64,000 bases of DNA from Candidatus Omnitrophota bacterium (GTDB lineage Bacteria; Omnitrophota; Gorgyraeia; 2-01-FULL-45-10), in contig JAQVUX010000001.1 of assembly GCA_028699255.1 (NCBI GenBank), positions 60,084 to 124,083 of the forward strand, read 5' to 3'. The stretch's first letter is position 1. Each line of letters opens with the position of its first letter. Shown one piece after another: positions 19,296 through 27,666 of the stretch. The notes beneath the pieces are model-generated. The model ran no database searches, was not told where the DNA came from, and worked only from the letters and a program-made list of their open reading frames with translations. The translations under genes and the position numbers were made by a program.

Positions 19296-20063
19296 ATGAG
19301 ATATCGGCATTCTAAGAGAGTAGTTATTGGCTGGCTTGCCTTTCTGGCCTTGGCTATTGCGCTATTTTTTATAATATTTATAGGGCGCCAGCGCGGCGCG
19401 GTAAAACCGCAGGCCGGATTTGGGTGTGAGATAATCAAGAAATTTTCGTTTTCAGATAGCGCCTCATTGAAGGAATGGGAAGAAAAGGTATTTAAAAATA
19501 AAGTTGCTTATCGGATAGAGAAAGACGGCGAGCTATCGTATGTAAGGGCGGTAAGTGAAAACGCGGCGTCGGCGTTATACTACCGTAAAAATATCGACGC
19601 GAAAAATAGGCGGCCCGTTATATTCTGGAAGTGGCGTGTTGAGAAATTTCCTGTCAAATCTGCCCCCGAGAGTCTTGAGACCGAAAAAGTGGACGACTTC
19701 GCGGCCAGGATTTACGTTATATTCCCGGCACTCTTTATAACCAACTCAAAGGTTCTGGAGTATGTATGGTCGGAGTCTTTACCTGTCGGAACGACCGGCA
19801 CCAGCCCGTATTCCGGTAATATAAAACTTATAGTTCTTCAGCAAGGTTTGGATAAAGATAAGAAATGGTTTTCCGAGGAGAGAGATATATATTCCGACTA
19901 TGTAAAACTTTTTGGCCGCCCTCCGGAATATAATGTGGGCGCCATAGCTTTTATGACCAATACGGAACATACCGGGAGTACCGCGGATGCCATGTACGAT
20001 GATGTCGGAATAGGATATCTCGCGGCAACCGAAACAAAAGGAGGCGGTAAGCGTGAGAACTAA
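19296..20063 (+). CDS. conserved hypothetical membrane-anchored protein, possibly DUF3047 family
   Basis: An N-terminal TM (VVIGWLAFLALAIALFFIIFIG) is followed by a soluble domain of about 200 aa. The ORF track start at 19254 lies inside the terminator, so the ATG at 19296 is preferred, downstream of a TTGACT-17-TACAAT promoter at 19256-19284. The family assignment is tentative. Confidence 0.5.
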   Translation: MRYRHSKRVVIGWLAFLALAIALFFIIFIGRQRGAVKPQAGFGCEIIKKFSFSDSASLKEWEEKVFKNKVAYRIEKDGELSYVRAVSENAASALYYRKNIDAKNRRPVIFWKWRVEKFPVKSAPESLETEKVDDFAARIYVIFPALFITNSKVLEYVWSESLPVGTTGTSPYSGNIKLIVLQQGLDKDKKWFSEERDIYSDYVKLFGRPPEYNVGAIAFMTNTEHTGSTADAMYDDVGIGYLAATETKGGGKREN

Positions 20064-20490
20064 ATTTTTGAGGACTAAATATTTGACGGGCAGTCGCATA
20101 CAGCTCCACTACCTTACGCTTTTGATGGTGTCTATAATAGTCCCGCTCGTGTTTTCCGCCGCATGCCTGTATTATCTTATTTTTAAAATAATGGCGGAAC
20201 AGATTGGTATACCGGAGTATATAGCGCTCAATCTATTCCCGGTAATACAAAAGATCAATATGATTTTGATCATTGGTGTGCCGCCGCTGTTTCTTGTCCT
20301 GGTTCTGTGGGGCGTGGTTTTGTCTCATCGCTTCGCAGGCCCGATCGAACGGCTCGAGAAAGAGATCAAGAGGATCGCGACTCATCATGATTACAAGGCG
20401 AGAGTGCACATAAGAAAAGGCGACGATGTCAAACCGATAGCGGATGCCGTAAACGTATTACTTGAGAGCGTGGAGAAAAAACAGAAATGA
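20053..20490 (+). CDS. small membrane protein with 2 TM helices and a HAMP-like linker domain (145 aa)
   Basis: Two hydrophobic helices are followed by LSHRFAGPIERLEKEIKRIA, a HAMP amphipathic pattern. There is no output domain. Confidence 0.5.
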   Translation: MRTKFLRTKYLTGSRIQLHYLTLLMVSIIVPLVFSAACLYYLIFKIMAEQIGIPEYIALNLFPVIQKINMILIIGVPPLFLVLVLWGVVLSHRFAGPIERLEKEIKRIATHHDYKARVHIRKGDDVKPIADAVNVLLESVEKKQK

Positions 20491-21287
20491 ACGATATAAG
20501 TCCGCTTGCCCAGATAAGTAAATCGGCGCATATTGCCGACGGTGTGTCCGTAGGACCATTTGCGATAATCGAAGATGGTGTCCAGATTTCATCCGGAGTT
20601 AAGATATGGGCTCATGCCTATATATGCAAGGATACGGTGATTGGCGAAGGCACCGAGGTGCATATGGGGGCAGTTCTCGGACATCTGCCTCAAGACCTGG
20701 GTTTTGATAAGAGCAGGAAGACTCGTGTAGTGGTAGGAAAAAACTGTGTTATTCGTGAATACGCTACTGTGCACAGGAGCACGAAAGAAGAGGCCCCCAC
20801 TTCCATCGGCGATGGTTGTTACCTTATGGCGGTTTCGCACCTGGGCCATGATTGCCACCTTGGGAACAATGTAATTGTCGCGAATGGCGCTCTTCTGGCA
20901 GGGCATGTTACGGTTGGAGACGGAGCTTTTATATCGGGCAATGTCGTTATACATCAATTTTGCAGAATAGGCGCGCTGGCCATGATAGGAGGGTTCACGG
21001 GGATAAACAAGGACGTGCCGCCTTATATGCTAGTCAGGGGGCCGTCCGTCGTGAGATCTGTTAATCTCGTGGGGCTCAGAAGAGCGAAATTCCCGCGTGA
21101 GCTGATACGAGATATTAAAGAAGCGTTTAAAGAATTATATCTATCTAATTTGAATACCGTGCAGGCATTGGAAAATATAAAGAAGCTAAACAAAACAAAA
21201 GAGATGAACTATCTTATCGAGTTTATTCAATCCTCAAAGCGCGGTATATGCAAGGCCAAAGATAGCGATGAGGAATTCTTCAGTTAG
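20487..21287 (+). CDS. lpxA: acyl-ACP--UDP-N-acetylglucosamine O-acyltransferase LpxA
   Basis: Left-handed beta-helix hexapeptide repeats are present throughout, together with the MAVSHLGHDCHLGNNVIVANGALLAGHV box and a C-terminal helical domain. The product is 266 aa. Confidence 0.88.
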   Translation: MNDISPLAQISKSAHIADGVSVGPFAIIEDGVQISSGVKIWAHAYICKDTVIGEGTEVHMGAVLGHLPQDLGFDKSRKTRVVVGKNCVIREYATVHRSTKEEAPTSIGDGCYLMAVSHLGHDCHLGNNVIVANGALLAGHVTVGDGAFISGNVVIHQFCRIGALAMIGGFTGINKDVPPYMLVRGPSVVRSVNLVGLRRAKFPRELIRDIKEAFKELYLSNLNTVQALENIKKLNKTKEMNYLIEFIQSSKRGICKAKDSDEEFFS

Positions 21288-21954
21288 CATCCCACCCGGA
21301 ATGTTTATCAGGATATACAATAAGCTATATAAATTTTATGGCCCGCAGGGTTGGTGGCCCGCACGGAGCCGCTTTGAGGTTATTGTCGGAGCCATTCTTA
21401 CTCAGAATACTGCGTGGACCAACGTGGAGCGTGCTATACGAAACCTTAAGGGGCAGGGTTATCTGACGTCTCCGCGAAAAATATGCGATCTCGACGCGCC
21501 TGAACTTTCGCGCATTATACGCCCTGCCGGTTATCATAATGTTAAAGCCCAACGGCTTAAAAATTTTACGAATTTTTTACTAAATCGTTACGCTTGCAGG
21601 CTTGACAGATTGTCCCACATTCCGACCGACGGATTGCGCGGGGAATTATTAGGTGTAAATGGTATCGGGCCGGAAACGTGCGATTCCATACTGCTGTACG
21701 CGTTTAAAAGGCCTGTTTTTGTCGTGGATGCCTATACAAAAAGGATATTTTCACGCCATGGTTTTTTCAGCCAGGAATCCACGTACGAATTTGTGCAGGA
21801 TTTATTTATGAAAAATCTTCCGACGGAGAGTATCTTATTTAACGAATATCACGCATTAATCGTGCGTCTTGCCAAAGAATACTGCAGAAAGAGTCCGCGT
21901 TGCGGCGATTGTCCTCTCAAAATTTCTTGCAAAAGGCAAGGCGTGATAATATAA
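21268..21954 (+). CDS. HhH-GPD superfamily DNA glycosylase (endonuclease III-like, with a C-terminal Fe-S cluster loop)
   Basis: The helix-hairpin-helix is LLGVNGIGPETCDSILLYAF, followed by the catalytic Asp region VVDAY and a cysteine cluster CRKSPRCGDCPLKISC. The likely true start is the ATG near 21301. Confidence 0.75.
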   Translation: MRNSSVSIPPGMFIRIYNKLYKFYGPQGWWPARSRFEVIVGAILTQNTAWTNVERAIRNLKGQGYLTSPRKICDLDAPELSRIIRPAGYHNVKAQRLKNFTNFLLNRYACRLDRLSHIPTDGLRGELLGVNGIGPETCDSILLYAFKRPVFVVDAYTKRIFSRHGFFSQESTYEFVQDLFMKNLPTESILFNEYHALIVRLAKEYCRKSPRCGDCPLKISCKRQGVII

Positions 21955-21964
21955 TATGAGCCAT

Positions 21965-22007
21965 TAGCCCCGCCAGATTTGTTAACGCAAATCCAAGCGG
22001 CAGGGCG
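21965..22007. repeat. single degenerate copy of the TAGCCCCGCC...GGC(A/G)GGG inverted-repeat motif also found in the 56-bp tandem repeat at 3850-4007
   Basis: The sequence tagccccgcc-N24-ggcagggcg is read directly, about 40 nt upstream of the Lys-rich protein gene at 22044. Confidence 0.5.
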
Positions 22008-22043
22008 ATTTGCCTGAATCAAATAACAGCAAATCGGAGGTGC

Positions 22044-22424
22044 GTGATGCTTAAGAAAAAGAAGAAGCCGGCAAAGAAGGCTAAGGTTGTAAAAAAAACA
22101 GCCAAGCCCGTAAAAAAGCGTTCTAAAGCTAAGGCCCGAACAATAAAGAAAAAGCTTCCGATTGAGAACATGATCAAGGTTGGCGAGATTACGCATTATT
22201 TTCCGCACGTTAAAGCCGCCGCGCTTCTTATCCTGAAGGACAGTATCAAGATCGGCGATGAGATATATATAAAAGGGCATACCAGTGATTTTAAGGAGAA
22301 GATCGTATCTATACAGCTTGATCGTGCTCCAATAAAAGAAGGCAGGAAGGGGCAGGAGATAGGGCTTTTAGTAAAGAAGCGTGTTAGGATAGGGGATAGC
22401 GTTTATAAAGTCGGTAACAAATAA
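22044..22424 (+). CDS. small basic protein: N-terminal Lys/Ala-rich (histone H1-like KKAKK repeats) tail plus a C-terminal EF-Tu domain-2-like beta-barrel
   Basis: The N-terminus reads MMLKKKKKPAKKAKVVKKTAKPVKKRSKAKARTIKKK. The C-terminal part (about 85 aa) resembles translation-factor beta-barrel domain II. An SD-like GGAGG lies upstream of the ATG. Confidence 0.55.
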   Translation: MMLKKKKKPAKKAKVVKKTAKPVKKRSKAKARTIKKKLPIENMIKVGEITHYFPHVKAAALLILKDSIKIGDEIYIKGHTSDFKEKIVSIQLDRAPIKEGRKGQEIGLLVKKRVRIGDSVYKVGNK

Positions 22425-22445
22425 CGGCAATAGCGTAAGGGGCAT

Positions 22446-22712
22446 ATGGCGATAAATAGAAATTACAAAAAGCTTCTCCTCGGCCTGGGTTTTGACTCTA
22501 AGGATGGGCATCTTAGGATAACTAAGGGCGAGAACTTCCGTCTTTATGGCGGCTCGGAAGAGACTCACGAGATGATGCAGGAGAAGGCGATAAAATTCAA
22601 CGAACAACTTGAAAAGCGGCGTAAAAATATCGAGGAAATAAACGAAAAAGAGTTTAAGGATATATCCAGGGCAATAGGTTTAAAAATACCTGACGACGAA
22701 GAATCAAGATAA
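22446..22712 (+). CDS. hypothetical protein (88 aa), acidic C-terminus
   Basis: The ORF is intact and co-directional with its neighbours. No domain is recognised. Confidence 0.4.
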   Translation: MAINRNYKKLLLGLGFDSKDGHLRITKGENFRLYGGSEETHEMMQEKAIKFNEQLEKRRKNIEEINEKEFKDISRAIGLKIPDDEESR

Positions 22713-22729
22713 AAAAAAGGAGATGAAAG

Positions 22730-22912
22730 ATGGCAAAGATCGCTATAGATGATTCATTATGTACGGGTTGCGGGTTGTGTGCGTCGAATTGTTCCGAGGT
22801 TTTTGAGATAGGCGACGATAACATCGCGCACGTAATAGCGTCCGCTTGCTCTACCTGTGATATTAAAGAAGTGGCCGATCAGTGTCCGGTCAGCGCCATA
22901 AGCGTTCAATAG
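22730..22912 (+). CDS. ferredoxin, single [4Fe-4S] cluster type (60 aa)
   Basis: CTGCGLCASNC...C...CP matches the Pyrococcus/Thermotoga-type 4Fe ferredoxin pattern. An SD-like GGAG lies upstream. Confidence 0.75.
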   Translation: MAKIAIDDSLCTGCGLCASNCSEVFEIGDDNIAHVIASACSTCDIKEVADQCPVSAISVQ

Positions 22913-22918
22913 GCGTTA

Positions 22919-23506
22919 ATGATAAAGGTTTTAGGTATAAGCGGTAGCCCGAGACGGCATGGTAATACCGAAACTCTGCTTGATAAGGCGCTCGAAGGCG
23001 CCTCGGCGACGGCAGGGGTTGTGGTTGAGAAGATAATCCTGGACGAGATGGATTTGCGGCCTTGCAGGTCTTGCGGCGGTTGTTCTGATACGGCCAGTTG
23101 TATAGTTGAAGACGATATGCGCCTGATTCGCGCCAGAGTAAGCGAGGCAGATGTGTTGATAGTCGCTTCACCGGTATATTACGGTAGCATAAGCGCCCAG
23201 CTCAAGACCATGATAGATAGGTTCCAGCCGAATTGGATAGCGAAATACGCTCTAAAGAAACCTGTACTGAAGAATAGCCGCAGAAAAGGGCTATTCCTCT
23301 GCGTATCTTCCTTTAACAAACCAGCCTTTTTCCAAAATGCGGATAGTATAGTAAGTATCTTTTTTAGAACGCTCGATGTTGAGTATTCGGGCGGCATATT
23401 CTGCGGCGGAGTGGACGCTGTCGGCGAGATAAATAAAAAAACATCCGTCATGACGAAAGCGTTTAGGGCGGGTGCGAAACTCGCGGAAGGATTATGGCGT
23501 GGATAA
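22919..23506 (+). CDS. iron-sulfur flavoprotein (Isf-like, NADPH-dependent FMN reductase fold)
   Basis: The flavodoxin-like N-terminus is VLGISGSPRRHGNTETLL and the compact Cys motif is CRSCGGCSDTASC. Both are typical of the Isf family. Confidence 0.75.
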   Translation: MIKVLGISGSPRRHGNTETLLDKALEGASATAGVVVEKIILDEMDLRPCRSCGGCSDTASCIVEDDMRLIRARVSEADVLIVASPVYYGSISAQLKTMIDRFQPNWIAKYALKKPVLKNSRRKGLFLCVSSFNKPAFFQNADSIVSIFFRTLDVEYSGGIFCGGVDAVGEINKKTSVMTKAFRAGAKLAEGLWRG

Positions 23507-24275
23507 AGAGCTTAGGGATTTAATTAAAGCGGCCGCTCTTAAGAGCGGTTCTCTTATAAAGAAGTCCATTGGTAGGATAAGCACGATATCTTACAAAGGC
23601 CGCGACAATATCGTAACGGATGTCGATAAAAAGTCCGAACGCATAATAATAAAAATGATAACTTCGCGTTTTCCGGGTCATTCTATATTATCCGAAGAGG
23701 CGGGAGTTATGGATAATCGCTCGGAATATAGATGGATAATAGACCCTCTTGACGGTACGACCAATTTTGCTCATGCCTTTCCTTTCTTTTCCGTGTCGAT
23801 AGCGCTTGAAAGGTCGGGGGAGATCGTTATGGGCGCGGTATACGATCCCTGTCGTGACGAGCTTTTCTTTGCCGAATCCGGCCGCGGCGCTTATCTCAAT
23901 AAAAAGCGAATTGAGGTTTCCGGAGTAAGGAAACTCTCAGGGGCATTTCTTGCCACGGGATTTTCTTACGGCATACAACGCAAGGATAAAAATATTGGTA
24001 ATTATAGACGCCTTTTAAATAGAACGATGGCTATCAGGCGCGCCGGCTCAGCGGCATTGGATCTATCGTATGTTGCCTGTGGACGTTTTGATGGATTCTG
24101 GGAGATGGATCTTCGCGCCTGGGATACTGCGGCTGGATATCTGATAGTAAAAGAAGCAAAAGGCATGATCACGAGATTTGACGGTACACTCTATTTCCCC
24201 GGCGACCGCTATATGCTTGCCACGAACAACAGGATACATTCTCAAATCGTACCTCTCCTAAAATACTCAGGTTAA
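23472..24275 (+). CDS. inositol monophosphatase family protein (SuhB/IMPase-like)
   Basis: The metal-binding motifs are WIIDPLDGTTNF and a WD-TAAG box (AWDTAAGYLIV). The 5' end overlaps the Isf gene, so the true start may be downstream. Confidence 0.8.
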   Translation: MRNSRKDYGVDKELRDLIKAAALKSGSLIKKSIGRISTISYKGRDNIVTDVDKKSERIIIKMITSRFPGHSILSEEAGVMDNRSEYRWIIDPLDGTTNFAHAFPFFSVSIALERSGEIVMGAVYDPCRDELFFAESGRGAYLNKKRIEVSGVRKLSGAFLATGFSYGIQRKDKNIGNYRRLLNRTMAIRRAGSAALDLSYVACGRFDGFWEMDLRAWDTAAGYLIVKEAKGMITRFDGTLYFPGDRYMLATNNRIHSQIVPLLKYSG

Positions 24276-24301
24276 GATATAAAATATTTAGTTTTTGCCT
24301 A

Positions 24302-24330
24302 TTGACATACTTTTTCTGTTAGTATACACT
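24302..24330 (+). promoter_or_regulatory. sigma-70-type promoter, TTGACA-17-TACACT, upstream of the hypothetical gene at 24351
   Basis: Both hexamers are read directly. A GGAG RBS lies 7 nt before the ATG. Confidence 0.5.
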
Positions 24331-24350
24331 AAGCTTACAGGAGAAAAAGT

Positions 24351-24719
24351 ATGAGGTTTAAAACCACGATAAACATCACGACGGAAGCCAAGGATAAGAA
24401 CGAGGCTATGGATATAGCCGGCGAGTATCTGTCGGGTAACTTAATGACCGGCATCGATATGAAGTTGCGTACAACCTCCGTGAACACTAATAGAAAGATC
24501 GCGGTAGCGGCGTTAGCTGTTTTCGCGATATCCGGAACTCTTATTGCGAATATGACTCATATGCGACAGCAATCAAAGATGTTCTCGTATGACATTTCCG
24601 CCGACTATGCTGTTCAGGCGCCGCTCAAAACATCGGCAGTTTATAGAGAGTATACTGATTTTAAGCAGGAGTGGCAGATGCGGCATTCGGCTGAAGTTTT
24701 GGGATCTATACCTAAGTAA
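24351..24719 (+). CDS. hypothetical protein (122 aa) with one central TM helix
   Basis: The ORF is intact and has its own promoter and RBS. No domain is recognised. Confidence 0.45.
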   Translation: MRFKTTINITTEAKDKNEAMDIAGEYLSGNLMTGIDMKLRTTSVNTNRKIAVAALAVFAISGTLIANMTHMRQQSKMFSYDISADYAVQAPLKTSAVYREYTDFKQEWQMRHSAEVLGSIPK

Positions 24720-24752
24720 AACATTTTAAAGATAACGAACACAGGACAGGCT

Positions 24753-26279
24753 TTGCGAAATACCGCGAAGCCTGTTTTTTATGCCTTCAAATATAGAATG
24801 TTGTATGGTATATTTAACGATATGGTAATAAAATCCGATATCGATGCTATCCGCAATTATTTTGAGGACAGCTCGAACCTTAAAGGCGGCCATGCCGATA
24901 AAGTGGTAGTTCCGGAGGATGCCGAAGAGTTGTCGTCATTTATCAAGACTGCCGCGGCGGAAGGCGCACCTGTTACTGTTTCCGGGGGCGGAACAGGCAC
25001 AACAGGATCCCGTATACCTTTCGGCGGGGTGGCGCTATCAATGGAAAAATTCAACGTTATACGCGAAGTGTCCGTAGACGGGATGTCCGCAATTGCGGGC
25101 GCCGGAGTTTTTGTAGACGCGTTGAAAAGCGCCGCGGAAGCCATGGGATTATTTTACGTCTCGCACCCGACCGAGGGATCGGCGATGATCGGCGGAACGG
25201 TCGCGACAAATGCTTCCGGCGCCAGATCGTTTCGCTATGGCCCGACCCGAAAGTATGTAAAACGTCTTAAGATGGTTATGGCCGACGGGGAAATATTTGA
25301 AATTACGCGCGGTGAGAAATTTCTTTCAAAGAACGATTCATATATAAGTTTTCCATCAGGCCGCTCGGTAAAAATACCAATGCCTTCCTATGTAATGCCG
25401 GCGGTAAAAAATTCCGCAGGATATTATATTACGGACGGGATGGATCTTATCGACCTTTTTATAGGACAGGAGGGGACTCTGTCGGTAATAACCGAGGTGG
25501 AGATGGGACTCGTTAAAAAACCGGCCGCAGTATTGAGTTGTTTCGTTTTTTTTAAAAAAGAGGAGGATGCGTGGTTTTTCTCCGAAGAAATAAAGAAAAG
25601 ACGTAATATGGGTGTTATGTCCGTCGAATACTTTGACATGAACGCTGTCCGGATGTTGATGGCGAAAAATAGTAATGTTCCGCGCGATTCGGAAGCGGCA
25701 ATATTCTTCGAACAGGACATGGATGAGCTAAAGATTGAGTCTGTATTGTCCGGGTGGGAGGCGGCTATATCGCGGCACTCTTCATCTCTCGACGATACCT
25801 GGGTTGCCATGAATGAAAAAGAGGCGCAAGCCTTTACCGCCCTCAGATATGCGATTCCTGAAACGATCAATGATATTATTCGGCGCAGTGGTTTCAAAAA
25901 ATTCAGTACCGACATAGCTGTGCCGGACGACAATTTTTTGAAGATGCTAAAATTTTACCGGAAGATTTTTCGCCGTGAACGTATCGGCCACGTCATATTC
26001 GGACATATAGGCGAAAGTCACCTGCATGTCAATATCCTACCGACATCTCCGGAGGAAGTAAGGGTCGCGGAGAAGCTTGCGGCAGAGTTTGTGAAAAAAG
26101 GTGTTTCTCTTGGAGGTACGATTTCAGCGGAGCATGGGGTGGGAAAGTTAAAACACCGATACCTTGAGACGATGTACGGCCGAAGAGGTGTTTTGGAAAT
26201 GGCGCGGCTCAAAAAAACGCTTGACCCAAAATGCATATTGGGGCTGGATAATATATTTGATAAAGAATTGCTTGTATAA
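24753..26279 (+). CDS. FAD-binding oxidoreductase, FAD-linked oxidase family (GlcD / D-lactate dehydrogenase-like)
   Basis: An N-terminal FAD-binding PCMH domain (VTVSGGGTGTTGS, SHPTEGSAMIGGTVATNASG) is followed by a C-terminal oxidase domain (EHGVGKLK). The product is 508 aa; the true start may be internal. Confidence 0.8.
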   Translation: MRNTAKPVFYAFKYRMLYGIFNDMVIKSDIDAIRNYFEDSSNLKGGHADKVVVPEDAEELSSFIKTAAAEGAPVTVSGGGTGTTGSRIPFGGVALSMEKFNVIREVSVDGMSAIAGAGVFVDALKSAAEAMGLFYVSHPTEGSAMIGGTVATNASGARSFRYGPTRKYVKRLKMVMADGEIFEITRGEKFLSKNDSYISFPSGRSVKIPMPSYVMPAVKNSAGYYITDGMDLIDLFIGQEGTLSVITEVEMGLVKKPAAVLSCFVFFKKEEDAWFFSEEIKKRRNMGVMSVEYFDMNAVRMLMAKNSNVPRDSEAAIFFEQDMDELKIESVLSGWEAAISRHSSSLDDTWVAMNEKEAQAFTALRYAIPETINDIIRRSGFKKFSTDIAVPDDNFLKMLKFYRKIFRRERIGHVIFGHIGESHLHVNILPTSPEEVRVAEKLAAEFVKKGVSLGGTISAEHGVGKLKHRYLETMYGRRGVLEMARLKKTLDPKCILGLDNIFDKELLV

Positions 26280-26365
26280 GCGCAATATTAGCCTTGAATT
26301 TTTGATTTTTACAGGTATAATTGAACTATTACAATTCAGATTACGTTATCAGGAGGATGATTGTC

Positions 26366-27025
26366 ATGGTAAAAATAGCGTCTGTAATATTTGTCGCGGC
26401 GATTTTGATCGTATCGGTATCAGGTTCGGTTTATTCGATGGACGATGATTCATCGCGTGAGTTATTAAAGCAAGGCTTGCTGGGCGCAGGAACGGGGGCT
26501 ATAGCTTCCGGCGCTTCCGGTGGTGATGCCGGTAAGGGCGCTTTGATAGGCGCGGGTACAGGCGCTATAGGCGGCATACTTTTGGACGCTATAACTAAAC
26601 CTTCGTCGTCATCGCGGCGCACCGCCGCGGCCACGCAGGATGAATACTACGATGATCAGCAGGAAGAATATTACGAAGAGCCACAGCAGGAATCAGGTAC
26701 GCAGAAAGCCTTAAAACAGGGCCTGCTTGGCGCGGGCACCGGCGCAATCGCATCGGGTGCGTCGGGTGGTAATGCCGGGCAGGGCGCTTTGATAGGCGCG
26801 GGCACCGGTATAATCGGCGGCATCCTTCTGGACTCTTTGACCCAACCTTCGCAACCTAAAAAGGTATACAAACGTCGTCCACAAGCGGTTACCCAGCAAA
26901 TTCAAACACAGCAGAATGTGAAAGTGGAGGAAGAACAGGCCGGGTCGGAGGGTGGAAAGAAGAAGATCATAAAAAAATATGATCCAACCGGGAAACTGGT
27001 CTCCGAAGAAGAGGTATATTACTAA
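26366..27025 (+). CDS. glycine-zipper membrane/surface protein with two internally duplicated GAGTGAIASGASGG...ALIGAGTG modules
   Basis: A signal/TM segment (VKIASVIFVAAILIVSVSGSV) is followed by two Gly-zipper modules of about 45 aa each, separated by an acidic/Gln linker. An AGGAGG RBS lies 9 nt before the ATG at 26366; the ORF track start is 26321. Confidence 0.6.
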   Translation: MVKIASVIFVAAILIVSVSGSVYSMDDDSSRELLKQGLLGAGTGAIASGASGGDAGKGALIGAGTGAIGGILLDAITKPSSSSRRTAAATQDEYYDDQQEEYYEEPQQESGTQKALKQGLLGAGTGAIASGASGGNAGQGALIGAGTGIIGGILLDSLTQPSQPKKVYKRRPQAVTQQIQTQQNVKVEEEQAGSEGGKKKIIKKYDPTGKLVSEEEVYY

Positions 27026-27059
27026 TATAAATCAAAAGATAATAAGCGCGGAGCCGGGA

Positions 27060-27100
27060 TAAAAACCTCCTTCTTGTCAAACGATCCGAAAAGGAGGTTT
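27060..27100 (+). terminator. rho-independent terminator (AAACCTCCTT...AAGGAGGTTT followed by T4)
   Basis: An inverted repeat of about 10 bp with a T-tract lies immediately downstream of the glycine-zipper gene. Confidence 0.6.
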
Positions 27101-27111
27101 TTTATTAGCGT

Positions 27112-27666
27112 ATGAAGACACCAAAAGAATTTGTTTTAATACAAACGGCGGTTTTAATCATAGCGGTTGCGATATACGCCGGCATTAAACTTTTACCTGT
27201 TGTCGACAAGACATCGGTAAATAAGCGGGAGTCATCTTTTGTTGCCAGAGTTGTCGATGGTGATACGCTACGGCTGTCGGACGGCAGGAAGGTGCGTCTG
27301 ATAGGCGTGGATACGCCGGAAGTGCATTACAGCGAGAAGCTTCTGCGCGATTCGAAGAGAACGCATAAAGATGTCGACGTTATCAGGTCGCTGGGACGAA
27401 GATCCGCGGATTTTACCAGGCGGCTATGTGAAGGCAAGGCGATAAAAATCGAGAAGGATATTACTAAGTTGGATAGATATGGCAGGATCTTGGGCTATGT
27501 TTATCTTGAAGACGGTATTTTCGTGAATGCCGAAATAATAAAAGAAGGCTACGGCCAGGTTATGACGATACCTCCGAATGTAAAATACTCGGAATATTTT
27601 TATAATTTGCAACGCGAAGCCAGGAATAAGCGCATAGGCCTGTGGGCAGATACGGATGTCATGTGA
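27112..27666 (+). CDS. thermonuclease / staphylococcal nuclease (SNase) homologue with N-terminal TM or signal anchor
   Basis: SNase motifs are present: VVDGDTLRL...VRLIGVDTPE, YGRILGYVYL and RIGLWAD. Confidence 0.8.
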   Translation: MKTPKEFVLIQTAVLIIAVAIYAGIKLLPVVDKTSVNKRESSFVARVVDGDTLRLSDGRKVRLIGVDTPEVHYSEKLLRDSKRTHKDVDVIRSLGRRSADFTRRLCEGKAIKIEKDITKLDRYGRILGYVYLEDGIFVNAEIIKEGYGQVMTIPPNVKYSEYFYNLQREARNKRIGLWADTDVM

